DNA of 64,000 bases from Nitrospirota bacterium (GTDB lineage: Bacteria > Nitrospirota > UBA9217), in contig CAVVUN010000002.1 in the NCBI GenBank assembly GCA_963751455.1, positions 32,001 to 96,000 on the forward strand. Direction: 5' to 3'. Positions 28,347-38,196 of the stretch are shown here, in pieces (positions within the stretch are counted from its first letter, which is position 1; each line of letters opens with the position of its first letter). The notes beneath the pieces were generated by a model that was not told the DNA's origin, searched no databases, and was given only the letters and a program-made list of their open reading frames with translations. The position numbers and the translations under genes are program-made.

Positions 28347-28784
28347 ATGGGAACAGGAAACCAGGTTGTTGCGCGGTTCAATGACGGGAGAGTGGTCAAA
28401 GGGTACACCAATGGGTTCTCGTCGGAGTCGAAAACTATTATGGTTCAGGAAGTAAAGAGCGGCAATGTCGTTGATATTCCCGTTGCCGAGCTCAAGGCCC
28501 TTTATTTCATTAAGTCTTTTGACGGCGACGAGGAACGCCGTGAGAGAAAGGCTTTCGGCATTAATGCGAATACCGGCCGTAAAGTTTATATCAAGTTTAA
28601 CGACAGGGAGTCATTGGTGGGTTTTATCGAAGGGGAAATTCCATGGTCTAAAGGGTTTTTTCTTTCGAAGGAGCGAAGTAAAGCAAATGGTTTTTTCGTG
28701 GTTCCTGCCGACAGTAACTCTAACAATGACAAAGTGTTTGTTGTCGGGAGTTCGATAAAGGATGTTACCGTAATGGTGAAATAG
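28347..28784 (+). CDS. Conserved hypothetical protein with internal duplication (DUF6982-like)
   Basis: RBS ggagg; VVARFNDGRVVKGY is echoed by VYIKFNDRESLVGF. Confidence 0.65.
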   Translation: MGTGNQVVARFNDGRVVKGYTNGFSSESKTIMVQEVKSGNVVDIPVAELKALYFIKSFDGDEERRERKAFGINANTGRKVYIKFNDRESLVGFIEGEIPWSKGFFLSKERSKANGFFVVPADSNSNNDKVFVVGSSIKDVTVMVK

Positions 28785-28863
28785 AGGAGCTGATTTCCGA
28801 ACGTGGAATCAATCCCCGATCCGAAGAGCAACAAGAAAGCAAAAAGGTTGTGTCCGCGACTTT

Positions 28864-29355
28864 TCAGCCGCTGGTCCCGGTTGGCTCACTCCGCGGAGTC
28901 CGCTGGAGAGGTTGGTCTTGAGAAGGGGCTTTTTGAGACTGCTGAGTTGAACCGGGCTCAGTTTCGGAAGCGGGAGGAACCGGAGCCTGTTTGTCCGTTT
29001 CAACAGGTTCCACGGGTTTATACCGGCTCGGCGTGAAATTGGGGTTCAACTCATATGCTTCATTGAAGCTTTCCATCGACTTTTTCCTGCTTTCGGCGTC
29101 ATCATTCTTCCTGCCTTTCATATAGTAAGCGTATCCCAGATAATAGTAGCCTTCGGCGTCCGGATTGATAGAAACAGCTTCCTCCAACTCGGAAATTGCA
29201 GGCTCATATTTTTTTTCTTTCAGAAGATCTATCCCTTTCTCGATATGCTTTGTCGAGGCTTCCGTATCAAAGAGGGGTTCTTGAGCGGACGCAGACTGAA
29301 TCCCGGCGGTAATTATCGCTATGAAAACCAGCGTGACCATTATGCTGCGCATCAT
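28864..29355 (-). CDS. Secreted TPR-containing protein
   Basis: Signal peptide; TPR pattern AISELEEAVSINPDAEGYYYLGYAY; Pro/Gln-rich tail; RBS aaggagg. Confidence 0.8.
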   Translation of the reverse strand: MMRSIMVTLVFIAIITAGIQSASAQEPLFDTEASTKHIEKGIDLLKEKKYEPAISELEEAVSINPDAEGYYYLGYAYYMKGRKNDDAESRKKSMESFNEAYELNPNFTPSRYKPVEPVETDKQAPVPPASETEPGSTQQSQKAPSQDQPLQRTPRSEPTGTSG

Positions 29356-29544
29356 CTCCTCCTTAAACGCCTTAAATTACTGTAACAATATCACAGCCAT
29401 TCGCAGGAAGTCAACAATATGTGATCCTTACTTTTTTTGCCTTGACAGGATTCCGCTCCGTGCAGTACTATAAAGCACTTTTTTTACCGGGCGATAAAGC
29501 CTGTACTGGACAATTTATCAGCTGAGATTTTGAGAGGAGTCAAT

Positions 29545-29748
29545 ATGCCGTTCTATGAATATGTCTGCGAGGCGTGCGGCAAGGATTTCGTGCTCTTGCA
29601 GTCCATGACTCATAAAGTGGAAGAAACAGTCTGTCCCTATTGCAGCGAGAAGAAGGCAAAAAAAATGCTTTCCAGGTTCTCATCGCCCGGAGCTGACCAT
29701 TCGAGCTGCGGAACAAGCGGGGCTTCCTGGGGCGGCGGGGGCGGCTGA
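29545..29748 (+). CDS. FmdB-family zinc ribbon protein
   Basis: MPFYEYVCEACG...CPYC; Gly-rich tail; RBS aggag. Confidence 0.85.
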   Translation: MPFYEYVCEACGKDFVLLQSMTHKVEETVCPYCSEKKAKKMLSRFSSPGADHSSCGTSGASWGGGGG

Positions 29749-29785
29749 AGCATTTAAAAAAACCGCCGTGAGCGGGGAGAAAAGC

Positions 29786-29820
29786 CAGCCTGAGAGTCCT
29801 TCGATTCTCAGGCTTTTTTG
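29786..29820 (+). terminator. Intrinsic terminator
   Basis: agcctgagagtc-cttc-gattctcaggct followed by ttttt. Confidence 0.75.
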
Positions 29821-29956
29821 TGCAACATCAAAAGTAAGCGCCAAATAACTATTGTACGCAGCAAGCACTGGTAAACACTGGGTGCGAGTACTTGGTTCCG
29901 GTCTCGCCTGGTACGTAAACGCCGGGCGCGGACCGAGATATTTTTTTGTATAAATT

Positions 29957-30877
29957 ATGGAATCCGCCATTTCTCTGAAAACCTTTCTTAATCCGCGGTA
30001 CTGGTACGCATGGCCGGTGCTGGGGTCCATGATGCTGCTGAGCTGGATGCCGCGCTCCGTCCTGTGGGTGCTGGGGAGTGCGATCGGCTGGCTCTTCTAC
30101 TGGCTGCCCTCCCCTGCGTGCCGTATCGCGGCCAGGAACATCGAGCTTTGCTTTCAAGATCGTGCTCCGAGTGAGCGGCGCAGCATGGTACAAGCCCATT
30201 TTCGACTTTGCGGCTTTGCCGTTCTCTGTCTCGGCGTCGGCTGGTGGGCGCCGAAATGGCGCATTAAGCGTTTCATCAAGCTCCACAACTCCCACTATGT
30301 GCACGACGCATATGCACGAGGCAAGAACGTGATACTGCTTGCGCCGCATTTTATCGCGCTGGACATCGGCGGAATACGCACATCGATCGAGAAGACTGTC
30401 GTAACCCTGTACCGGAAAGCTAGAAATCCGCTTATCGAATATATGTTTCAAAGACGCACGCGATTTGGCGCAGTTACTATAGAGCGCTTGGCAAGCCTCA
30501 AGCCGATCATTCGGCATATCCGGGAGGGCATGCCGTTTTACTATCTACCCGATCAGGACATGGGGGAGCGCGCAAGCGTGTTCGTTCCTTTCTTCGGAAT
30601 ACCGACGGCGACCGTGATGGCTCTCAGCCGGATCGCTCAGATCACGAACGCCGAGGTCGTTCCCTGTATTACCCGCCTCATGCCCAAAGGGCGGGGGATC
30701 GAAGTCACATTGCATCCCGCGCTGGAAAATTTCCCGACTGACGACCCTGAGGCCGATGCCCGGCGGATGAATGAGGAAATCGAGAAATGGGTGCGCGAAA
30801 TGCCCGAACAATACATGTGGTCCTACCGCCGTTTCAAGACCAGGCCGAACAACGAGCCGTCCCTGTACGGGAAATAG
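29957..30877 (+). CDS. Lipid A biosynthesis acyltransferase (LpxL/HtrB family)
   Basis: PHFIALD (HxxxxD), YLPDQD, FVPFFG and PEQYMWSYRRFKTRP. Confidence 0.9.
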   Translation: MESAISLKTFLNPRYWYAWPVLGSMMLLSWMPRSVLWVLGSAIGWLFYWLPSPACRIAARNIELCFQDRAPSERRSMVQAHFRLCGFAVLCLGVGWWAPKWRIKRFIKLHNSHYVHDAYARGKNVILLAPHFIALDIGGIRTSIEKTVVTLYRKARNPLIEYMFQRRTRFGAVTIERLASLKPIIRHIREGMPFYYLPDQDMGERASVFVPFFGIPTATVMALSRIAQITNAEVVPCITRLMPKGRGIEVTLHPALENFPTDDPEADARRMNEEIEKWVREMPEQYMWSYRRFKTRPNNEPSLYGK

Positions 30878-30933
30878 TTGGGATTGCCCGGCAGAGTCCG
30901 GATGATAAAACGGACAAATAAATCTAAAAGGAA

Positions 30934-31080
30934 TTGGGACGCGGAAAAATCGGGAAACGCTGATAAGGCAGCAAAGCATCGCCTGACAAGACTGGATTCT
31001 GCCTTCGCAGGAATGACGTTTTTGAGTAAATTAGACTCTCGTATTTTAATCCGTGTCATCTGCGTTTATCTGCGTCCAAA
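30934..31080. repeat. Palindromic intergenic element (9-nt unit family), copy 1
   Basis: ttgggacgcggaaaaatcgggaaacgctgataagg ... atccgtgtcatctgcgtttatctgcgtccaa; internal hairpin attctgccttcgcaggaat. Confidence 0.75.
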
Positions 31081-31101
31081 GGGGCCTTATTACATAGCCA
31101 C

Positions 31102-31824
31102 ATGCAGACCTGGAACCTCATCGATACGGGCTTTAATACCGGCGCTTACAACATGGCATTTGATGAAGATCTGCTGACCCGCGCCCAGGCACGGGAAAGC
31201 GTGCCTGTGCTCCGGCTTTACGGATGGAGCCCGGCGGCGGTCTCTCTCGGCAGGTTCCAGAAAATTGAGGAAGCGGTCAACGTTACGGCCTGCAAAGAAC
31301 TCGGCGTCGATATTGTGAAGCGTGTTACCGGAGGACGGGCAGTGCTTCATCGGGATGAACTGACGTACAGTATTATCGCGAGGACCGATAACACGCTCTT
31401 TCCGAACAGCATCCTGGAAACATACAAGCTTATCGCACGCGGCATGCTCGCGGGCTTCGGCAATCTCGGAATCCGCGCTGAGATGGTTTCGCGTGGAGGA
31501 AGGAACGCACATCTCGTAAAAGGAAACTCGGACGATGCTGCGTGCTTTTCCTCGCCATCCTGGTACGAGATCCTTGTCGCGGGGAAAAAGATCGCCGGAA
31601 GCGCGCAGCGGAGAATACCGGGCGCCTTTCTTCAACACGGCTCGATACTGATCCAATATGATCGCTCGCTCGAGTCCAGAATCATCCGGAGTCGATGCAC
31701 CAATGACGTCGTTACGTGCATCCGGCGGGAGACGGGGAGGGATATTTCGCTTGACTGCGTTAAACAAGCATTTGTCAAAGGTTTTTCAGACGCCCTGGAT
31801 ATTCGTTTCAGCTCGCGGAATTAA
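31102..31824 (+). CDS. Lipoate-protein ligase A / LipM-like octanoyltransferase
   Basis: NMAFDE, RVTGGRAVLH, KKIAGSAQRR and LQHGSI. Confidence 0.9.
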   Translation: MQTWNLIDTGFNTGAYNMAFDEDLLTRAQARESVPVLRLYGWSPAAVSLGRFQKIEEAVNVTACKELGVDIVKRVTGGRAVLHRDELTYSIIARTDNTLFPNSILETYKLIARGMLAGFGNLGIRAEMVSRGGRNAHLVKGNSDDAACFSSPSWYEILVAGKKIAGSAQRRIPGAFLQHGSILIQYDRSLESRIIRSRCTNDVVTCIRRETGRDISLDCVKQAFVKGFSDALDIRFSSRN

Positions 31825-31991
31825 CTAAAACATTAAAGCCTGCATCTTCCGGCTCTGTTATAATAACCTATAAGAACCTTCATCGTTCATCATGAATCTT
31901 GTCACAAACTGCGCTCGAATAAGCTTCGCATTCTTAAGAACCGGGATGCTCTGTCGCCTCAGGACGGAGTTGGGAGAACTTCAATATTTCC

Positions 31992-34655
31992 ATGACAAAA
32001 AACGAAACTACAGCAAGGCATACTGCCGTTTATCTCAAAGATTACCGACCCCCCGACTACCGTATCGATACGGTGATGCTTCAGATCGAACTCGACGAGA
32101 CGAGGACAATTGTCAAGTCCGTCCTTTCAGTCGCGTGCAGCCATGAGCAATGCCAGGAGATACCCCCGCTTGTTCTCAACGGCAGGAATCTGGTGCTCAG
32201 GTCGATCGTGCTCGACGGGCAGCGTTTGACCGAACGCGACTATAAGCGCGACGGCGAATCGCTCTCGATCCTTCCGGTGCCCCATCGGTTTGTTCTCGAG
32301 ATCGAGACCGAGATCAATCCCCGGGACAATACGGAACTCTCGGGCCTCTACCTCTCGAAGGGCAATTTCTGCACGCAGTGCGAGGCCGAAGGTTTCCGCA
32401 AGATAACCTATTACCCGGACCGGCCCGATGTCATGTCCATATTTTTCACGACGATCATTGCGGACAAATCCAAATATCCGGTCCTCCTCTCCAACGGCAA
32501 CCTGATCGACTCGGGGGAGCTTAAGAACAACCGCCATTTCGCCAAATGGCACGACCCTTTCCCGAAACCCGCGTATCTGTTCGCTCTGGTTGCCGGTGAT
32601 TTTGCACGTATCAGCGATACGTTTACGACAATGTCCGGGAGGAAGGTGGATGTTCATATTTACGTTCAGCATCACAACAGCGACAAATGCGAATATGCCG
32701 TGGCATCGCTCAAACGCGCGATGAAGTGGGACGAGGAGAATTACGGCAGGGAATACGATCTGGATGTGTTCATGATCGTCGCCGTGGACGACTTCAACAT
32801 GGGCGCAATGGAGAACAAGGGGCTGAACGTTTTCAACTCGAAATACGTCCTGGCCCGGCCGGATACGGCCACGGACGCGGATTTCCAGGGCATCATGGGC
32901 GTTGTCGGGCATGAATATTTCCACAACTGGTCCGGAGACCGCGTAACCTGCAGGGACTGGTTCCAACTCTCGCTCAAGGAAGGTTTCACCGTCTTTCGGG
33001 ACCAGCAGTTCATGGAGGACATGACGTCGCGGGGAGTGAAGCGGATCAGCGACGTGAACATTCTTCGCACGCATCAGTTTCGCGAGGACGGCGGACCGAT
33101 GGCGCATCCCGTGAGACCGGAATCGTATATCGAGATCAATAATTTCTACACGCTTACGGTCTATAATAAAGGCGCCGAGGTGATACGCATGCTTCATACA
33201 ATCCTCGGACCCGAGCGGTTCCGCAAGGGCACGGACCTCTACTTTTCGCGCCACGATCACCAGGCTGTCACGACGGATGATTTCGTACAAGCGATGCAGG
33301 ATGCGAATCAGGCCGACCTCGCACAGTTCAAGCTCTGGTATTCACAGGCGGGGACTCCCTTACTGCGGTTGACCCGGACATACGATCGGAAGACGAAAAC
33401 ATATACCTTGACAATCAGGCAGAAATGCCCACCCACGCCGGGCCAGCCGGACAAGAAGCCGATGCATATACCGGTCGCGGTCGGACTGCTCGGGAAAGAC
33501 GGGAAGGACATGGCCTTAAAACTCGAGGGGGAGACGGAAGGACGCAGTGACGCGGGGACGAAAATACTTCAGTTGAGGGAACCGGAAGAAACGTTTGTGT
33601 TCACCGATATACCGGAAGAACCGGTCCCGTCAGTGCTGAGGCATTTTTCGGCTCCTGTAAAGGTCAGCCTTGACCTCTCGCGCGAAGAGCTGCTCTTTCT
33701 CATGGCAAACGACAGCGACGAATTCAATCGCTGGGACGCAGGACAGCAACTCGCGGTCAAAATCCTCCTGGAACTGATACGCGACCATCAACGAAAAAAG
33801 AAGCTTGAACTCGACCCTTCATTCATCAGCTCCTTCAACCGAATACTCGAGAGCAAACTGGCTGACAAGGCCTTCCAGGCGTACGCGCTGTCACTCCCGT
33901 CCGAGTCTTATCTGGCTGATTTCCTGGACGTGGTCGATCCGGCCTCGGTTCACGAGGCCCGGCGTTTCATGCAGCGAATGCTCGCTTCCGAGCTCAAGCA
34001 GACGTTCCTGGCCGTGTATTACACAAATCAGGAAAGCGGACCCTTCCGCCTGGACCAGGAAGCAATCGGACGACGAAGTCTCAAGAACATCTGTCTGGCC
34101 TATCTTATGGAACTCGACGAGCCCGGCATCAGGAAACTCTGCATCGAGCAATACCGGTCAACGATCAATATGACGGATGTGACGGCAAGCCTCGTGAACA
34201 TCGCAAACGTCGATTGCCCGGAGCGCAAAGAGCTGCTTGCGGAATTTTACCGGAAATGGGAAAACGATCCGCTTGTTCTCGACAAGTGGTTTTCCATCCA
34301 GGCCACATCGCGACTGCCCGATACCCTGAATACCGTGCAACAGCTGATGCACCATCCGGCCTTCAATTTAAAAAACCCGAACAAGGTCCGGGCGCTTATC
34401 GGCGCTTTTGCTCAGGGTAACCCCCTCCGCTTCCACGACCCCTCGGGCGCGGGATATTCCTTTCTCGCGGACCAGGTCCTTGCTCTGGATCCGTTAAACC
34501 CGCAGATCGCGGCCCGGCTCGTCACAGCCTTCATATTGTGGAAACGATACGACGAAAAAAGAAAAGCACTGATGAAGGCACAGCTCGAGCGAATTCTCCA
34601 CACACCGAAAATATCGAAGGACGTACATGAAATTGCTTTTAAAAGTCTGACGTAA
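31992..34655 (+). CDS. pepN: Aminopeptidase N (M1 family)
   Basis: TQCEAEGFR, GAMENKGLN and HEYFHNW..LKEG zinc motif. Confidence 0.97.
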   Translation: MTKNETTARHTAVYLKDYRPPDYRIDTVMLQIELDETRTIVKSVLSVACSHEQCQEIPPLVLNGRNLVLRSIVLDGQRLTERDYKRDGESLSILPVPHRFVLEIETEINPRDNTELSGLYLSKGNFCTQCEAEGFRKITYYPDRPDVMSIFFTTIIADKSKYPVLLSNGNLIDSGELKNNRHFAKWHDPFPKPAYLFALVAGDFARISDTFTTMSGRKVDVHIYVQHHNSDKCEYAVASLKRAMKWDEENYGREYDLDVFMIVAVDDFNMGAMENKGLNVFNSKYVLARPDTATDADFQGIMGVVGHEYFHNWSGDRVTCRDWFQLSLKEGFTVFRDQQFMEDMTSRGVKRISDVNILRTHQFREDGGPMAHPVRPESYIEINNFYTLTVYNKGAEVIRMLHTILGPERFRKGTDLYFSRHDHQAVTTDDFVQAMQDANQADLAQFKLWYSQAGTPLLRLTRTYDRKTKTYTLTIRQKCPPTPGQPDKKPMHIPVAVGLLGKDGKDMALKLEGETEGRSDAGTKILQLREPEETFVFTDIPEEPVPSVLRHFSAPVKVSLDLSREELLFLMANDSDEFNRWDAGQQLAVKILLELIRDHQRKKKLELDPSFISSFNRILESKLADKAFQAYALSLPSESYLADFLDVVDPASVHEARRFMQRMLASELKQTFLAVYYTNQESGPFRLDQEAIGRRSLKNICLAYLMELDEPGIRKLCIEQYRSTINMTDVTASLVNIANVDCPERKELLAEFYRKWENDPLVLDKWFSIQATSRLPDTLNTVQQLMHHPAFNLKNPNKVRALIGAFAQGNPLRFHDPSGAGYSFLADQVLALDPLNPQIAARLVTAFILWKRYDEKRKALMKAQLERILHTPKISKDVHEIAFKSLT

Positions 34656-34832
34656 ATCCGCAGGTCTTGCAAGCATGAGGATGCAATACGCCGTATGCTC
34701 TTGCCAAATTGAGCGTTCCTTCCGTTCATTGCGCTTCAGTTCAACCATCATGCCGGTAAAGTGATCGTGATCACAGTTTTTTATCGTCCGGAGAGCTATT
34801 TTCGATCATCAAGATAGCTCGAGGATATAAAG

Positions 34833-35249
34833 ATGAAAACCATTCTCGCCGTCGATGACAATGCCTTTATTCTCCAGATGATCTCTCTGTATTTCGCCGA
34901 ATGCGTGCCGGATTGTACTGTCCTTACTGCCGGCAACGGCAAACAGGCGCTTGAAATAATCCAGTCGGTTCCGGTCGACTTTATCATGACCGATCTGGAT
35001 ATGCCGGTCATGAACGGATATCAGCTTATAGAGGTCATAAAAAGAAAGATGCCGAGCATGCCGATTTTCGCGATGACGGGATATCGTTCCACTGAGGTTG
35101 CAGAAAGGGTTCGCATGCTTGGCGCAGCTGTTTGCTTGCAAAAACCATTCAATTTTGAGGACGTTCTTCAGAAGATATCGTCCGTTATGGAGGAGGCGCG
35201 TTCCAAACCTGCATTGACGATGCCTCCCCTGCAGCCGATTGCTTCCTGA
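34833..35249 (+). CDS. Single-domain response regulator
   Basis: ILAVDD, TDLDMPVMNG, MTG and QKPF. Confidence 0.9.
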   Translation: MKTILAVDDNAFILQMISLYFAECVPDCTVLTAGNGKQALEIIQSVPVDFIMTDLDMPVMNGYQLIEVIKRKMPSMPIFAMTGYRSTEVAERVRMLGAAVCLQKPFNFEDVLQKISSVMEEARSKPALTMPPLQPIAS

Positions 35250-35362
35250 GTCTTCCGCCTGTCGAAACTGTTACCGCTCGCCTTGGGTCCGTTTTCCGGC
35301 CTTCGGTTTCCCTTTGAAATTTTTGTTGTAATGACCCGCATTTTGGAATAAAGTGTAAAACC

Positions 35363-36397
35363 ATGTCGGATCAGGGTATTGAATATAAGGTACGAGTACT
35401 TGCGCTGGCAGGGCTCATGCTTTTTGTGTGGCTCGTTCTTGCCATGGTCTATACCGGACGGTTCTTCCCGCCATTTGAGCAGCTGGAGTTCCGACTAATG
35501 CCCTGGAAGGCGTCCATCCCTGTAGAGGCCGGTCTCGGAGAACGCCTTTCCATCATGCAGTCTCAGCTCGAAGCGTCAAACAGGGTTTCCCATTACGCCT
35601 TCATCACAATGATCGTCTGCTTCACTGCTTTCGTTATATACCTTTCCGTAGTGTACCAGCAAAAACAGAGACGGGTGCGCGAGAACATTTTCCTTGTGCT
35701 GAAGAACCAGGAAATAGCGCGGAGAAATGAATTCATTCGCTATATATCGGCTACGATAGGGCATGAATTCAAAAACAACCTCGGAAGGATAAAGCGCAGG
35801 ATTGATCTTCTTCCCACTCTGCCGGAAGACGCCAGAGAGCGCATCGATGATAACCTGGATAAGCTGTTCGCCGACATAGAAATATTTAAAAAAATCTCGG
35901 ACAAGCGCGAAGCGGGACTGGTCGAGTTTAAGAATATCGACATAACTTCGCTGCTTGGCGATGTTACGGCCCAGTACGGGGACCTTGCCGAAATAGTATT
36001 CGAGGACAATGCCTCGGTGCCGATGATCTACGCCGCGCAGCCGCTGCTCAGGACCGTATTCGAAAATTTAATCGACAACTCGATCAAGTATAAGAAACCC
36101 GGTGCGGCCCGTGCGCGGGTATCGATTTCCTGCGCAATGGACCGGGACGCCGGGAGGCAGTATGTCACGGTTTCGCTGCGCGACCAGGGAGTCGGGATGG
36201 ATGAGCAGCAAGCTGACATCTGCTTTTATAAAGGGAGGACTACGGGCGAGGGGTGGGGACAGGGACTCTATTATGCCAAATATGTTATAGGGCTCCACGC
36301 CGGGAAAATCAGGATCGGCAAGGAATATACGGCGCCCGGAATCGGGACGGAAATAATCCTGAAATTTCCATTCGTGCAGGAGACGCCGGATGTTTAA
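35363..36397 (+). CDS. Membrane sensor histidine kinase
   Basis: Two TM segments; H-box GHEFKNNL, N-box ENLIDNSIKY, G1 DQGVGM and G2 GWGQGLY. Confidence 0.88.
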   Translation: MSDQGIEYKVRVLALAGLMLFVWLVLAMVYTGRFFPPFEQLEFRLMPWKASIPVEAGLGERLSIMQSQLEASNRVSHYAFITMIVCFTAFVIYLSVVYQQKQRRVRENIFLVLKNQEIARRNEFIRYISATIGHEFKNNLGRIKRRIDLLPTLPEDARERIDDNLDKLFADIEIFKKISDKREAGLVEFKNIDITSLLGDVTAQYGDLAEIVFEDNASVPMIYAAQPLLRTVFENLIDNSIKYKKPGAARARVSISCAMDRDAGRQYVTVSLRDQGVGMDEQQADICFYKGRTTGEGWGQGLYYAKYVIGLHAGKIRIGKEYTAPGIGTEIILKFPFVQETPDV

Positions 36398-37280
36398 GGT
36401 GCTGATTGCCGACGACGACTTCGAGGACCGGGAACTGCTGAAGCTCGAGATCCAGCGTGCATTGAACGGGAAAGACGATGACCTCCGTTTTTCCGAGGCG
36501 GTAAGCGTCAAGGAAGCGTTCAAAATCCTGACAAGCGGTGTTTTCGACCTGATGACCCTCGACATAGAATTCGACCGGCTGAATGAAGGGATCGACGCCC
36601 TCCCCGAACTGTTTGAAACGCATCCGACCTTAAACATCATCGTCATCAGCGGCAAGCTTGACAAACACGAAGTGTCCGAACGACTCTTCCGTTTTACGAA
36701 GGACAATGTTTTGAAGGGCAAGCGGTGGGCCAGGCATTTCGACGTGCTGGACAAAAAAGACAACAAGACCGACGCTATCCGGCGCGCCTTCGACTTCGCG
36801 AACACGCAGAGGGAGGGCGTGGACGGAGTGCGCGAGCTCTTTCTTCTCGCCGAATCGTACCTTGAAAAGAACATGCTGGATAAATGCCTCGAAGTCTATC
36901 AGAAGATACAGCGCCTGGCGCCCGGTGAGATCGAGTCCGGGGAGAACATCGGCATCGTCAGGGGCGACGTATCGGCAGAGCAGGCCCTGGAATACTACCG
37001 GACCGGAGAAAAGGTAGTGGCTTCGCTTCTTCTCGGTTATTATCTGGAAAAGCGGCTGAAGTCGTTCACGGCAACGGTGCTCGGCCGGACCTTTCCGCTG
37101 CTTTCCGAAAACCTGAAAGAGATGGAGCAGACCGGAGCGATCAGCCCATTTAAAAAAGGCCTGTTCAGCGACCTGCTCGGACTCCGGAACAAGGCCATTC
37201 ATCATCCGACCGGGTTATCAGAAGGTGATTTTAAAACCGCCATTAAAAAAAGCGGTCTTCTGGAGGAAAACACTCCATGA
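36390..37280 (+). CDS. Response regulator: receiver + TPR-like helix pair + HEPN/DUF4145-like C-terminal domain
   Basis: VLIADDD, TLDIE, VISG; C-terminus ASLLLGYYLEKRL...LLGLRNKAIH (RxxxxH). Confidence 0.72.
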   Translation: MFKVLIADDDFEDRELLKLEIQRALNGKDDDLRFSEAVSVKEAFKILTSGVFDLMTLDIEFDRLNEGIDALPELFETHPTLNIIVISGKLDKHEVSERLFRFTKDNVLKGKRWARHFDVLDKKDNKTDAIRRAFDFANTQREGVDGVRELFLLAESYLEKNMLDKCLEVYQKIQRLAPGEIESGENIGIVRGDVSAEQALEYYRTGEKVVASLLLGYYLEKRLKSFTATVLGRTFPLLSENLKEMEQTGAISPFKKGLFSDLLGLRNKAIHHPTGLSEGDFKTAIKKSGLLEENTP

Positions 37281-37927
37281 ACGAGAGGTCAGTCTGGCAT
37301 TATCTTCCGCCGCCCGGTCCGCTCCTGAGTCTGCTGCTCATCGGCATGGTGCTCCTGAGCGGACTCCTTTATTACCGCGCGGTAAAGATCCAGCGGTTCC
37401 TCGAGCCGGCCCTTGCTCTCTCGCAGCCCCGGAACGAATTTACGAACAGCATCGGTAAGACCTTCGAAAAAGAGTTCGGCCCAAAAACACCCAGCGGCCT
37501 GAGGCTCAAATCAAGTTCGATCCTTGTGGAAAAATCGCTCCTGTATTCGGGAGGCCTCATACTGAACCTGTCGGCTCGGGACGAAATGCAGAAGCTTGCG
37601 CGTATTTTCCTGACGTTGATGAAAGACGAGAAAACGAGATCGGAAATCAGCCTCGTCCTGATCATCGCCCGTTTTCCTTCCTATGGCGGCGCAAGGGGCG
37701 GCCACAACATGGAGCGCATCGAAGCGCAGCGCATGATGGGGCTCATCCAGGACGCTCTCTTTCAAGAGCAGCCCGAACTCGGAGTGCGCTATCCTCATTA
37801 TTTTGCGGCTGTCGCTCAGGCCACGAGCCCGCACGAACCGAACAGGAACAGCGTCGAGTTCCGAATCGTTCCATCCGAATTTCTGCACATAGAGGTGCTT
37901 GAGAGGTTACAGAAGTACTCTTATTGA
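37277..37927 (+). CDS. Single-TM membrane protein with degenerate MotB/OmpA-like C-terminal domain
   Basis: N-terminal TM helix; SLLYSGGLILNLSARDEMQKLA..LVLIIARF..HNMER..PNRNSVEFRI follows the OmpA-C layout; ATGA overlap with upstream gene. Confidence 0.55.
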   Translation: MNERSVWHYLPPPGPLLSLLLIGMVLLSGLLYYRAVKIQRFLEPALALSQPRNEFTNSIGKTFEKEFGPKTPSGLRLKSSSILVEKSLLYSGGLILNLSARDEMQKLARIFLTLMKDEKTRSEISLVLIIARFPSYGGARGGHNMERIEAQRMMGLIQDALFQEQPELGVRYPHYFAAVAQATSPHEPNRNSVEFRIVPSEFLHIEVLERLQKYSY

Positions 37928-38046
37928 CCCTTCGTTCCTTCTTTTTTTCTAATAATCCCACGACCCCGTTGTAAAAAATGAGTTCAATTCGTAATCTAAT
38001 ATCTTGTAATAATTATAAATATAAGGCAATTAAGCGGCGTTTTGTG

Positions 38047-38075
38047 TTGACAAAGAGCGCATCCGGAGATACATT
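38047..38075 (+). promoter_or_regulatory. sigma70-type promoter upstream of the rhodanese gene
   Basis: TTGACA-17 nt-TACATT. Confidence 0.55.
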
Positions 38076-38196
38076 TATTGTGTTAGAATATACTTAAGTA
38101 TTAATATCTGCGTCGCGATGAGCTTCAAATAATAAACTAAGGGAAAGGGGGTATCGTAAGCGTCTGTGGATTCAAAATTAATCCAAGGAGGCAAAA

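Noticed and set aside
29895-29937. Hairpin upstream of the lipid A acyltransferase as a riboswitch or thermometer
   Set aside because: No recognisable aptamer motif and it does not clearly cover the RBS
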